The position numbers and the translations under genes are program-made. A stretch of 64,000 nucleotides of DNA from Candidatus Hermodarchaeota archaeon (GTDB lineage: Archaea; Asgardarchaeota; Lokiarchaeia; Sigyniarchaeales; SOKP01). The stretch covers positions 2,592 through 66,591 of the forward strand of contig JBHLLI010000001.1 in the NCBI GenBank assembly GCA_048885765.1, read 5' to 3'. This document shows positions 17,241 through 25,816 of this stretch, in pieces. The notes under the pieces are model-generated. The model saw only the letters and a list, made by a program, of their open reading frames with translations. It ran no database searches and was not told the origin of the DNA. Positions within the stretch are counted from its first letter, which is position 1. The number at the start of each line of letters is the position of its first letter.

Positions 17241-18188
17241 ATGTCATTTGATTTTGTAAAAAAATTGGATTTTGAATCAGAATATTTTGATCTGTATAAA
17301 CTTTCCCAAAGTGCGTATGGCGCCATTGGTAAAGAAAACTCTGGAATGGGGGGAAATGCTGGCTTTATAGATATAGAGGATTACTTGATAATTGTTGATA
17401 CTACTGGGAGTGTAGATGCTGCTAAAGATTTAAAAAAAGCCGCTATCCAATTTACTGAAAAACAGCCTAATTTTATAGTTATTACTCATTATCATATGGA
17501 TCATCTTATGGGGACTTCTTTATTTGATAGAACAATTCAGATTATGACTTCAGATCGTACTCTTAAAAATATTCAAACAGAAGGCAAAAAAAGGATCGAA
17601 GAATTTAAGAATATGAATCTTGCTGAAATGGAAGAATCGCTTAAAAATGAAACGGACAAAGTGAAAAAAAAAGAGATTGAAAATGATCTCATCTTTCTTA
17701 AAACAGTTCGTTCCGATAACTTCGCTCTCCGAGAACCTAATCTTACTTTTAAGGAAGGATGCGTTATATATGGGAAAGGCGAGTCAGTCCATTTACGAAC
17801 CTTTAAAAAAGCTCATACTGATGGAGATGTAATAGTATATATTCCGGAAGAAAAAGTATTATTTGCTGGAGATCTTTTGTTTGCACGAGTGGATCCATGG
17901 TTAGGCTCTGGAAACCCTGAAGGATGGATTGCTGTAAATGAAGAAATAATGACATTTGATTTTAATGTTGTAGTTCCTGGACATGGCAAATTAGCTTCTA
18001 AGGAGCAATTTTCCCTTGAAAATAAATATATTAAAGAAATTCTTGATTTAGTTAAGAAAAAAATTGATGCGGGAGAAGATCCAACCCAAATAAAGCGAGA
18101 GGATTTTTCAGAGGAGTTACAATCCTTTGAAAGTCCCATTTTAGAATGGAATCTTAACTTTCTTGCTGAAATTTTAAAGAAATCCTAA
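17241..18188 (+). CDS. MBL-fold metallo-hydrolase (paralog 1 of 3)
   Basis: 315 aa. 'THYHMDHLMG' (HxHxDH), a later 'AHTDGD' and 'PGHG'. Confidence 0.8.
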   Translation: MSFDFVKKLDFESEYFDLYKLSQSAYGAIGKENSGMGGNAGFIDIEDYLIIVDTTGSVDAAKDLKKAAIQFTEKQPNFIVITHYHMDHLMGTSLFDRTIQIMTSDRTLKNIQTEGKKRIEEFKNMNLAEMEESLKNETDKVKKKEIENDLIFLKTVRSDNFALREPNLTFKEGCVIYGKGESVHLRTFKKAHTDGDVIVYIPEEKVLFAGDLLFARVDPWLGSGNPEGWIAVNEEIMTFDFNVVVPGHGKLASKEQFSLENKYIKEILDLVKKKIDAGEDPTQIKREDFSEELQSFESPILEWNLNFLAEILKKS

Positions 18189-18403
18189 CTTTAATTATTT
18201 TCATTGAACTTTTTAACTAAATTTGTTGTTTCAATATGAATGCACTTTAGAGTTTTAAATATTATAACTATTGAAAGAAATCCTTCGTATAGTTCATTCA
18301 TACGGTATAGTTCAGCTCAAGTTCATGAGATTAATCTATAAATAAATACTAATCTTTAACTCAATTATCTACTCCATTTTAATAAAAATAACTGAAAAAT
18401 ATT

Positions 18404-19246
18404 ATGGATTATAAAAAGACTGACTTCGAATCGGTATATTTTGATCTTTTTGAATTGACAGAAGGAATTTATGCGGCTATCTCTATAAATGATTCTGATG
18501 CTAAGACAAGTGCAGGAATCTTTGATTTAGGGAACTTTTTGATCATTTTTGATACATTATTTTATCCTGGGGCTGCAGTTGATTTATATAAAGCAGGAAA
18601 AGAATTGTGTGATAAAGAACCATCATTTATCGTTAATAGCCATTTTCATGGGGATCATGTATTTGGTAACTGCCTTTTTCCGGATAATGTTCCTATAATA
18701 AGTACTTCTCCTACTGTAAAAAAGATACAAGAAGTTGTTTTTGACCAACTCAAACGCTCTCAAGATATTGCCGAAGAGGAAATTCAAAGACGCAAGGAAA
18801 TGCTAAACTCAGATGATGCTCCATGGGGTAAGCAGGAATCATTAAATGATATTGAATTCAGTAAGATGGTAACAGAGCCAGATTTTAAAATTAAATTACC
18901 AAATTTCTTGATTAATGATAATATTACGATCAATGGTACAAAAAAAACTCTTCATTTAATCGCCTATGGTATTGGCCATACAGAATCTGATATTATAGCT
19001 TATTTTCCAGATGAAAAAATCTGTTTTATGGGGGATCTATTATTTGCTAATTTGGATGATAGTTGGGCTCCAAATGATACTGGAAGATTTAATGCGGCTG
19101 ATCCTTTAAAATTATTCGAGATTTTAAAGAATATATTAGAAATGGATATAGATATATATGTAGCAGGCCATGGAGGAGTATCAACTAAAGATGCCGTACA
19201 AATGAATATGAATTTCATAAAAAAATATTTTATTGACAAACTATAA
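18404..19246 (+). CDS. MBL-fold metallo-hydrolase (paralog 2 of 3, more diverged)
   Basis: 280 aa. 'SHFHGDHVFG', 'GHTESD' and 'AGHG'. Its N-terminus 'FESVYFDLFELTEGIYAAI' is shared with the neighbours. Confidence 0.8.
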   Translation: MDYKKTDFESVYFDLFELTEGIYAAISINDSDAKTSAGIFDLGNFLIIFDTLFYPGAAVDLYKAGKELCDKEPSFIVNSHFHGDHVFGNCLFPDNVPIISTSPTVKKIQEVVFDQLKRSQDIAEEEIQRRKEMLNSDDAPWGKQESLNDIEFSKMVTEPDFKIKLPNFLINDNITINGTKKTLHLIAYGIGHTESDIIAYFPDEKICFMGDLLFANLDDSWAPNDTGRFNAADPLKLFEILKNILEMDIDIYVAGHGGVSTKDAVQMNMNFIKKYFIDKL

Positions 19247-19345
19247 GATAACAATCAATTTCAAAATATCATGTTAAATCTCAATTTTAAATATTAAACT
19301 CATATAATCGATAAAATTTATCAAAACTAAAAAAAAAAAAAAATT

Positions 19346-20293
19346 ATGTTAGATGTAAAAAAACTTGATTTCGAATCTGATTATTTTGATCTCTATAAGG
19401 TTTCGGAATCTGCTTATGCAGCCATTTCACAAGAAGATTCACCTATGGGATCAAACGCAGGTTTTATTGATATAGAGGATTATTTAATCATTATTGATAG
19501 TACATTACATGCTGGAGCTGCAGAAGATTTAAAACGAGCAGTATTAAAATATACCCAGAAGGAACCTAATTTTATTGTGATCACGCATTATCATACAGAT
19601 CATATTGTCGGAAACTCTATCTTTGATAGAAATACACAAATAATCACTTCAGATCGAACCCTAATTAATATCAAAACAGAGAGTAAAAAGTTTTTTGAAC
19701 AATACAGGAATTTTGATATGGAAAAAATTCTTGAACTAGAGGAATCTCTTGAATTTGAAAAAGATGATGAGAAGATCCAAGACATAAAAAATGATCTTAG
19801 ATTTTTAAAAGGTATTCGGACAATAAAAGAAATTCGAGAGCCTAATCTCACATTCAAGATAGGATGTATCATACACGGTAAAGAAAAAAAAGTCCATTTA
19901 CAAACGTTCGAGAAAGCTCATACTGATGGAGATGTCATTGCATACATTCCTGATGAAAAAGTCTTATTTGCGGGGGATCTTTTATTTGCTAATCGTGACC
20001 CTTGGATTGGATCAGGAGATCCTGAAGGATGGTTGTCGGTAAATGAGGAATTGTTGGCCCGTGATTTTGATATCATTGTTCCCGGCCATGGAAATTTAGC
20101 CTCTAAAAAAGAATTTACTTTACAGAACATGTACATTAGGGAAATGATGGATCTCGTTAAAAAACATATTGATGCTGGAAAAGATCCAACCCATATAAAA
20201 CGAGAGGAGTTTTCTAAAGAACTTCATTCATGGAATAGTATAACCCTTGGATGGAATATTAATTTTCTTGCAGAATTTCTAAAAAAATCTTAA
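19346..20293 (+). CDS. MBL-fold metallo-hydrolase (paralog 3 of 3)
   Basis: 315 aa. 'THYHTDHIVG', 'AHTDGD' and 'PGHG'. It is collinear with and clearly the closest paralog of 17241-18188. Confidence 0.8.
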   Translation: MLDVKKLDFESDYFDLYKVSESAYAAISQEDSPMGSNAGFIDIEDYLIIIDSTLHAGAAEDLKRAVLKYTQKEPNFIVITHYHTDHIVGNSIFDRNTQIITSDRTLINIKTESKKFFEQYRNFDMEKILELEESLEFEKDDEKIQDIKNDLRFLKGIRTIKEIREPNLTFKIGCIIHGKEKKVHLQTFEKAHTDGDVIAYIPDEKVLFAGDLLFANRDPWIGSGDPEGWLSVNEELLARDFDIIVPGHGNLASKKEFTLQNMYIREMMDLVKKHIDAGKDPTHIKREEFSKELHSWNSITLGWNINFLAEFLKKS

Positions 20294-20318
20294 TACTTTT
20301 CTTAAAACAAAAAATAAA

Positions 20319-21344
20319 CTAAATAAGATTCTTTTCTTTTATAATTTTGTAATATTTATCTCGTTCTTGTCGTACAAGCTTAATTTCTTCCTGTAAATCT
20401 TTTAATTCTCGACTAATATTTTCCTTTTCATTTTTTATCCCTAAAACCTTATCCTTTAATTTTTTAATTTCATTTTCTAAATTCGGAACTGATTCACTCT
20501 CTCTTTGTGCTTTCAGAGTCTGAAATTTCATTTTTTTATTAATCTCAGTTAATTTTTCATTTTCCAATCTGATTTTCTTAATTTCATTAAGAAGTTGTTC
20601 TGCGCCTCTTTCAATTTCATCTGTATCCCCTAACTTTGCTTTTAGGTGATTAATTCGCTCATCTTTCTGGTCTAATGATAATTTTTGCACATTTAACAAT
20701 CTATTTAGTTCTCTGTTTTTCGCAGTTAAAGTTGCGTTATACTCATTCAATTCTGCCATTTGACTACTCCATTTTTCCAATTTCGAATACAACTCTGCAA
20801 CTTCATTTTTTAAAGCTTCAACATTCCTAAGATGTTCTGATCTATCAGAGACCAACAGAGATACTTTTTGCGCAAGATCATTAATTTTCTCCTTTTTATC
20901 CCCTAATTCTTCTTCAAATTCTTTTCTTTCCTGCCAGTAAGCATCGAGCTCACCCTTCTCCAATAACTCATATGATTTTGCTAATAGTTCCTTAAATTTT
21001 TTTTCCTTTCTTTCTGGTAATAATTCAAAAGCAATTCTGCGTACTTGACCTTCAAAATTTTTAGGGAGAATATCTTCGTCAGAAAGGAATACTGTAATTA
21101 CGTGGTCCCCTTTCCCAATAAAATGTTTAGAAGAATGACCAGTAAAAAAACTCGCCACACTAAGATCACGTTTTATTTGCATTTCTAAATAATTGGGACC
21201 TGTTCTTACTCTCTTATGCTCTTCAAAAACTGTCGAAAGCATTGAATCTGTTACGCCCAATTCTTCACAGGTTTTTTCTGGGTATTCAATATCCTTTCTT
21301 AATTCTAATTTCTTATTTAGATTTAGAATCACAATTCCTTGCAT
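20319..21344 (-). CDS. longin-like N-terminal domain fused to a ~200-aa coiled coil
   Basis: 341 aa. The N-terminal ~110 aa ('LSVASFFTGHSSKHFIGKGDHVITVFLSDEDILPKNFEGQVRRIAFELL') resemble the N-domain of 3143-4270 and the cytoplasmic domain of 53430-59684. The rest is heptad-rich and charged (E/K/L). Confidence 0.5.
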   Translation of the reverse strand: MQGIVILNLNKKLELRKDIEYPEKTCEELGVTDSMLSTVFEEHKRVRTGPNYLEMQIKRDLSVASFFTGHSSKHFIGKGDHVITVFLSDEDILPKNFEGQVRRIAFELLPERKEKKFKELLAKSYELLEKGELDAYWQERKEFEEELGDKKEKINDLAQKVSLLVSDRSEHLRNVEALKNEVAELYSKLEKWSSQMAELNEYNATLTAKNRELNRLLNVQKLSLDQKDERINHLKAKLGDTDEIERGAEQLLNEIKKIRLENEKLTEINKKMKFQTLKAQRESESVPNLENEIKKLKDKVLGIKNEKENISRELKDLQEEIKLVRQERDKYYKIIKEKNLI

Positions 21345-21459
21345 AGGAAAATCACTAATTAGGGTTTAATTATGTAGGTTCGAATGGAGAATTATAATAA
21401 TTACACTAATATTAATTACTATAATAAAATATATTAGATTTACTTAAACCATTAATAAT

Positions 21460-23007
21460 TTAAGTATATATGTGCAAAAAAGTATCTACCGTTTTTGTAA
21501 CATCTGTAGTTAAATAATTCTGCTTAAACACTGAAGCAAAAAAAGCTCGATCTTCAGGATTAAAATAATTATATCCAAATTTCTTCCAATTGAGGGTTGG
21601 ATGTATTGGAGCGAAAAGGGTTATTTTATCTTTCACTAAACTCATTAAAAGAAGGTCTCTTTCTTCCTTTGTGCTATTTGATGATATATTTAACAACACA
21701 TTCTCACTCAAAAAATCCCATGTATCTTCAAATTGTATACATAGCTTTTTAATATCAATTTTATTTTCAACAATTAATTTTGCTAAAGCCATAACAGAGG
21801 TATCATAAGCACTTATCTTATTCATATGAAATTGGGGATTTGAAACTAATATACTTGGTATAGTCTTTGTTTCTTTCTGATTCTGAGGTGTATTATACTC
21901 TGGTAAAATCTTTAATTGGTTTAAACCCAAGATATTTCGAATATCTGTAATTGTACCCCCTGTATCAAAAAATTGCTTATTGATTATATATTTCATCAAT
22001 TTCTGGGCGTGTGCATCACCAAAATATGGATAATCTGTGGCAAAAAGGAGATATTCGGACCAATCTCGATTATCTACGCTTTTTTTGTTGTGAGATTGAA
22101 ACCATTTGCGGAAACTTTCAAAAAAATTACCAGCACCTGCTCCATGCAACATTGAAAGATCTCCATATGTGTTTGGTTGAACTATTGTATTATATACTTC
22201 ATAATCGTCGATATTCCCTTGAGCAAAATGAGCAATTATCACCTTAAAATGAGGTAATAAATCTGGAAAATTTGATTGCATTATATTTCTAGCTGCTCTA
22301 ATTAATTTTCCAATTTCTAATATTGATCCTCGACCTCTTGTATCAAAAATAATAGGTAATGAATAACTTGCAGCCTCAACAAGAACATTTATGACTTTTT
22401 CTGAAGTCATCTTGTCAATATATCCTTCTGATCGTGGATGTAGTTTTAAACCACGAAGTCCTAAGGTTTCCCTAGCATATTTCACTTCATTTATCGCTTT
22501 TTGCCCCTCCATTGGATCACAGCGCCCATAACCAATTAATTTCATAGAAAATGGAAATCTCGTTGCAAAGCGTGAAACATTAACATTACTTGCTCTATAC
22601 AATGCTTCTGGCATTTTGTCTCTGAAAACATCTTGAAAAGGGAAACAAACACCCATATCGATAAATGAATAAAATTTAGATTTCTCCTTTAAATCAGAAA
22701 ATTTCTTTCCTAACTTCTCAAGCTCACTATAAAGCTTATTTGTAAATGGAAACGGTGTAAAAGACCATGAGATTTTTGTAAATTTCCCATCCATTGTAGT
22801 AGTAAAAGACTGCTCTCCAGTTTTCTCCCAATCTGCTTTTACTCTTCCTTGCACATTTCCCCAAAAATCGAATGTCCCCACTCCTGGAGCCAAAGGATTC
22901 ATCATCGTGGCTCCATCTACATCTTGGCCAAGATGAGAATGAGCATCAATTACAAGCAAATGCTCTACTCTTTTTTTTCCGTCTTGTTCAATCGTACAGG
23001 TTAGCAT
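21460..23007 (-). CDS. amidohydrolase-superfamily (amidohydrolase_2-like TIM barrel) metal-dependent hydrolase with C-terminal extension
   Basis: 515 aa. 'LVIDAHSHLGQD' (HxH), 'GLRGLKLHPRSEG' and 'FATDYPYFGD'. Confidence 0.65.
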   Translation of the reverse strand: MLTCTIEQDGKKRVEHLLVIDAHSHLGQDVDGATMMNPLAPGVGTFDFWGNVQGRVKADWEKTGEQSFTTTMDGKFTKISWSFTPFPFTNKLYSELEKLGKKFSDLKEKSKFYSFIDMGVCFPFQDVFRDKMPEALYRASNVNVSRFATRFPFSMKLIGYGRCDPMEGQKAINEVKYARETLGLRGLKLHPRSEGYIDKMTSEKVINVLVEAASYSLPIIFDTRGRGSILEIGKLIRAARNIMQSNFPDLLPHFKVIIAHFAQGNIDDYEVYNTIVQPNTYGDLSMLHGAGAGNFFESFRKWFQSHNKKSVDNRDWSEYLLFATDYPYFGDAHAQKLMKYIINKQFFDTGGTITDIRNILGLNQLKILPEYNTPQNQKETKTIPSILVSNPQFHMNKISAYDTSVMALAKLIVENKIDIKKLCIQFEDTWDFLSENVLLNISSNSTKEERDLLLMSLVKDKITLFAPIHPTLNWKKFGYNYFNPEDRAFFASVFKQNYLTTDVTKTVDTFLHIYT

Positions 23008-23159
23008 GAAAAAATCAATTAATATGTTACTTTAGAAATTAGTAATAATGACTTAATTAAAATTTAATTATTACTATATTGTCTTTTATTTTGGTCAAAA
23101 TTAATTAATTAAAGAAGAAAAAGTAAAAAAAATCTATTATAATTAGAATTGTCTTATAA

Positions 23160-23981
23160 CTATCCTGCCGTACTTGAAGGAATTATAAGAATTTCGTCCC
23201 CATTAACTAAATTGTAGTCCTTTAAGCATAAACTTTCGTCAAATGTAATGCCTCCCGAAGCTAAATGAAAATCTAATGGGTTTAAACCATACATATTTCC
23301 TATTGTTTCTTTGATCTCCCTGATTACATTATTGGTATCAATTTCTAATTTTTGCCTTTTCTCACTAGGTCCGATAGTTGACAAAAAATAGATTGTAATT
23401 TTTTTATCTTCAATGACTGGGACTTCAGCAGGAGTCTTGGCTTTTATTGATCCAGGCGTTTTAGTCCTAATAGTGAATAAAGTTTTTTTATAAGTATCTT
23501 TTTCTTCTTCTTGAACTTCTTGTTTAATCGTTTCCTCCTCTACTTCAATTAAATCTTCCAAATTATCAACATGTATCTCATTATCAGTCAAAATTTTATT
23601 TTTATCTAATCGTTTTATCTCAATTTTATTTAATAGTTCATTTAACTGAAAATTTTCTTCTTGTAAGCTTACTATCTCATCCATTAATGTTTCTGTAATT
23701 TTTCTCGTTAAATCTTCAGAAAAAATACCTATACTATCTTGTATTTCTATAACATCGACTCCACGCACTTGTAATTGTTTGTCTAAGTAGAGAATTGTAA
23801 GTAGATCGTTTAGATTACCCTCTGAAGAATGGAGATATGCATATGAAAAGGGAAAACTCGTTTTATTTTCGAATAAATCTTTCTGTAACTTTACAGTATG
23901 AGTTTTTTTACATTTTGGGCAATTATATAACCTATTCAGAAATTCTGATTCAGTGGAGTTATCTTTATTTAAATTTTCCAT
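23160..23981 (-). CDS. protein with N-terminal CxxC knuckle, central coiled coil and C-terminal ubiquitin-like beta-grasp domain ending in Gly
   Basis: 273 aa. The C-terminal 78 aa are 'KITIYFLSTIGPSEKRQKLEIDTNNVIREIKETIGNMYGLNPLDFHLASGGITFDESLCLKDYNLVNGDEILIIPSSTAG'. They align by eye along the whole of ubiquitin: '[56 protein letters not shown]'. Confidence 0.65.
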   Translation of the reverse strand: MENLNKDNSTESEFLNRLYNCPKCKKTHTVKLQKDLFENKTSFPFSYAYLHSSEGNLNDLLTILYLDKQLQVRGVDVIEIQDSIGIFSEDLTRKITETLMDEIVSLQEENFQLNELLNKIEIKRLDKNKILTDNEIHVDNLEDLIEVEEETIKQEVQEEEKDTYKKTLFTIRTKTPGSIKAKTPAEVPVIEDKKITIYFLSTIGPSEKRQKLEIDTNNVIREIKETIGNMYGLNPLDFHLASGGITFDESLCLKDYNLVNGDEILIIPSSTAG

Positions 23982-24046
23982 TAGATTTCCCTAAATTGCT
24001 AATTTATACTCTTTAGCTCTAAAGAGCCTTTTAGCATTTAATCTTA

Positions 24047-25714
24047 TTATCTCATTTCTTTTGGAAGAGTTAAAACTCCCGTAAGTGGATTATTTAAGGG
24101 ATCTTGACAATATTGAATTGTAAAATATATCAAATCATATAGGATACTTGGATTCTCTCCATTTTTCAATTTATAATCATAAAGCGAAAGTTGATATTCT
24201 GCTTCTGTTATTGGAGGCTCAGCATAAGAAACACTCCCAAATACAGATTGTAAAATAGGTTTCATAAATGGAGAGTATAAGAAACCTAATTCTTTCAATT
24301 CATCTTTCAAATAGAAAAACATTCTCTGAACTGCTTGCATCATATAACGTACTGGCTGATTTTTTGGTCCTAGATATTGTTCCGCGAATTCAGGGTCATA
24401 TTGAGCTAAGTTTTCTCGAGAAAGATCGGGTGCAGGTCTAAATAAGGAAATTAAACCACGTTCAATAGCACTTTTACGATTAGGGGCAATAGTATTACTT
24501 CCTGCATCAGGAACCCATATTCCACGCTGGAGTAATTTTCTTGCCTTATAGCACATAGCTTGTATTAAAAGGGCAATACCAATTCGACGACAAATAGAAA
24601 TTTGAGCATCACTTATACGAACCTCGATCGTTCCCCAGTCCGTGAAAGGGAAAACATCTTGAAAACGGCCATCCTCCAAACTAGCTTTCTGTACAACTTG
24701 GAGAAAGTAATTTTGCGAATTTTGATCTGAAGAAGTTAAATAAGGTATGAAATGAGTAGGATCGTTGTTACTTAACATAGTAGTATTATATTTAAGTCGT
24801 AAGGATCTTACGCAGTTTGGAGCAGTAATTCGATTATTTATAATTTTTACTACATCCGTAGGTTTATTATTCAAAATTGGTGAATTGCAAGTAAGAGCAA
24901 TAATATGTGGTATAAAATTACGGATCATACAATAAGCTTGAATCTTTTCTAATTCTGATTCAAAAGAGCCTAAGTGACTGTGATCCGCTTGTGAAACTCC
25001 CCTCATATATTCACTAGTCGCAGGATTTATAGCAGAAGCAATTATATGCAAATCTTTAGGTAATGTGGCTTTTGCTAATAAAAATAGTGTACTCGCCCAG
25101 AACGCTAATTCTTCAACATAAACACAGGGGGGTGTGACAAGCTCTAATATATATGTAATTGCTGTTACATTGCCATCTCTAGCAAATGTATCAATATCTA
25201 CGTAAGAATCTCCCAATGCGTAACGAATATCCATTGCGTATCCTTTTTCAAGGTCATCTCTTCCCCATGGTCTAGCCAATACTTTTTGCCGAATATAATC
25301 TGGGACTTGTAGAAAATCACTTCTCCCTTCATATAAGATCTCATCCATGATTTTGATAGCATCTTTAACAATTTCTTTCATCCGATAAACCATTTCTTCT
25401 CCAGGAGGATAATCACCATTATCATCCGCGATTATTAATTCCATCTCGATACCATGAGTGAATGGCAATGGAGTCCAATGTTCCGTATCAGCTAACATTT
25501 CTCCCCATGGTCTTTCAGGGATATATACTTCACGGTAATCTGACCCTAGAAATAATTTATCCCTAGATCTGTCAATACTATTTCCTAGTGAAACACTTGG
25601 TATTGCAGTTTTGCCTTTCTTAGTATATAGTTGAGAAAAGGTATCCGCCTTTTGCGCAGATTTTTGTTTCTGCTTTTTATCTTTCTTTTGTTTCTTTTTT
25701 TTGTCTTTTGCCAT
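24047..25714 (-). CDS. GCS2/YbdK-family carboxylate-amine ligase (glutamate-cysteine ligase-like) with Lys-rich N-terminus
   Basis: 555 aa. 'PFTHGIEMELIIAD', 'ILELVTPPC' and 'WGTIEVRISDAQ' resemble the GCS2 signature regions. The N-terminus is 'MAKDKKKKQKKDKKQKQK'. Confidence 0.6.
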   Translation of the reverse strand: MAKDKKKKQKKDKKQKQKSAQKADTFSQLYTKKGKTAIPSVSLGNSIDRSRDKLFLGSDYREVYIPERPWGEMLADTEHWTPLPFTHGIEMELIIADDNGDYPPGEEMVYRMKEIVKDAIKIMDEILYEGRSDFLQVPDYIRQKVLARPWGRDDLEKGYAMDIRYALGDSYVDIDTFARDGNVTAITYILELVTPPCVYVEELAFWASTLFLLAKATLPKDLHIIASAINPATSEYMRGVSQADHSHLGSFESELEKIQAYCMIRNFIPHIIALTCNSPILNNKPTDVVKIINNRITAPNCVRSLRLKYNTTMLSNNDPTHFIPYLTSSDQNSQNYFLQVVQKASLEDGRFQDVFPFTDWGTIEVRISDAQISICRRIGIALLIQAMCYKARKLLQRGIWVPDAGSNTIAPNRKSAIERGLISLFRPAPDLSRENLAQYDPEFAEQYLGPKNQPVRYMMQAVQRMFFYLKDELKELGFLYSPFMKPILQSVFGSVSYAEPPITEAEYQLSLYDYKLKNGENPSILYDLIYFTIQYCQDPLNNPLTGVLTLPKEMR

Positions 25715-25816
25715 AAAAGCTTACCCTTTTGATTACGTTGTGCTATTTTCTATTTTAAGATATCATCTGTTCTATTACAATATATATAAAAATTTGTGTT
25801 TATAATTTTTGATAAT

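Noticed and set aside
19329-19343. A15 homopolymer 2 nt upstream of the third MBL gene start, considered as a possible slipped-strand phase-variation tract
   Set aside because: It lies outside the coding frame in a genome where long A/T runs are common in intergenic DNA. There is no evidence of length variation within a single sequence.
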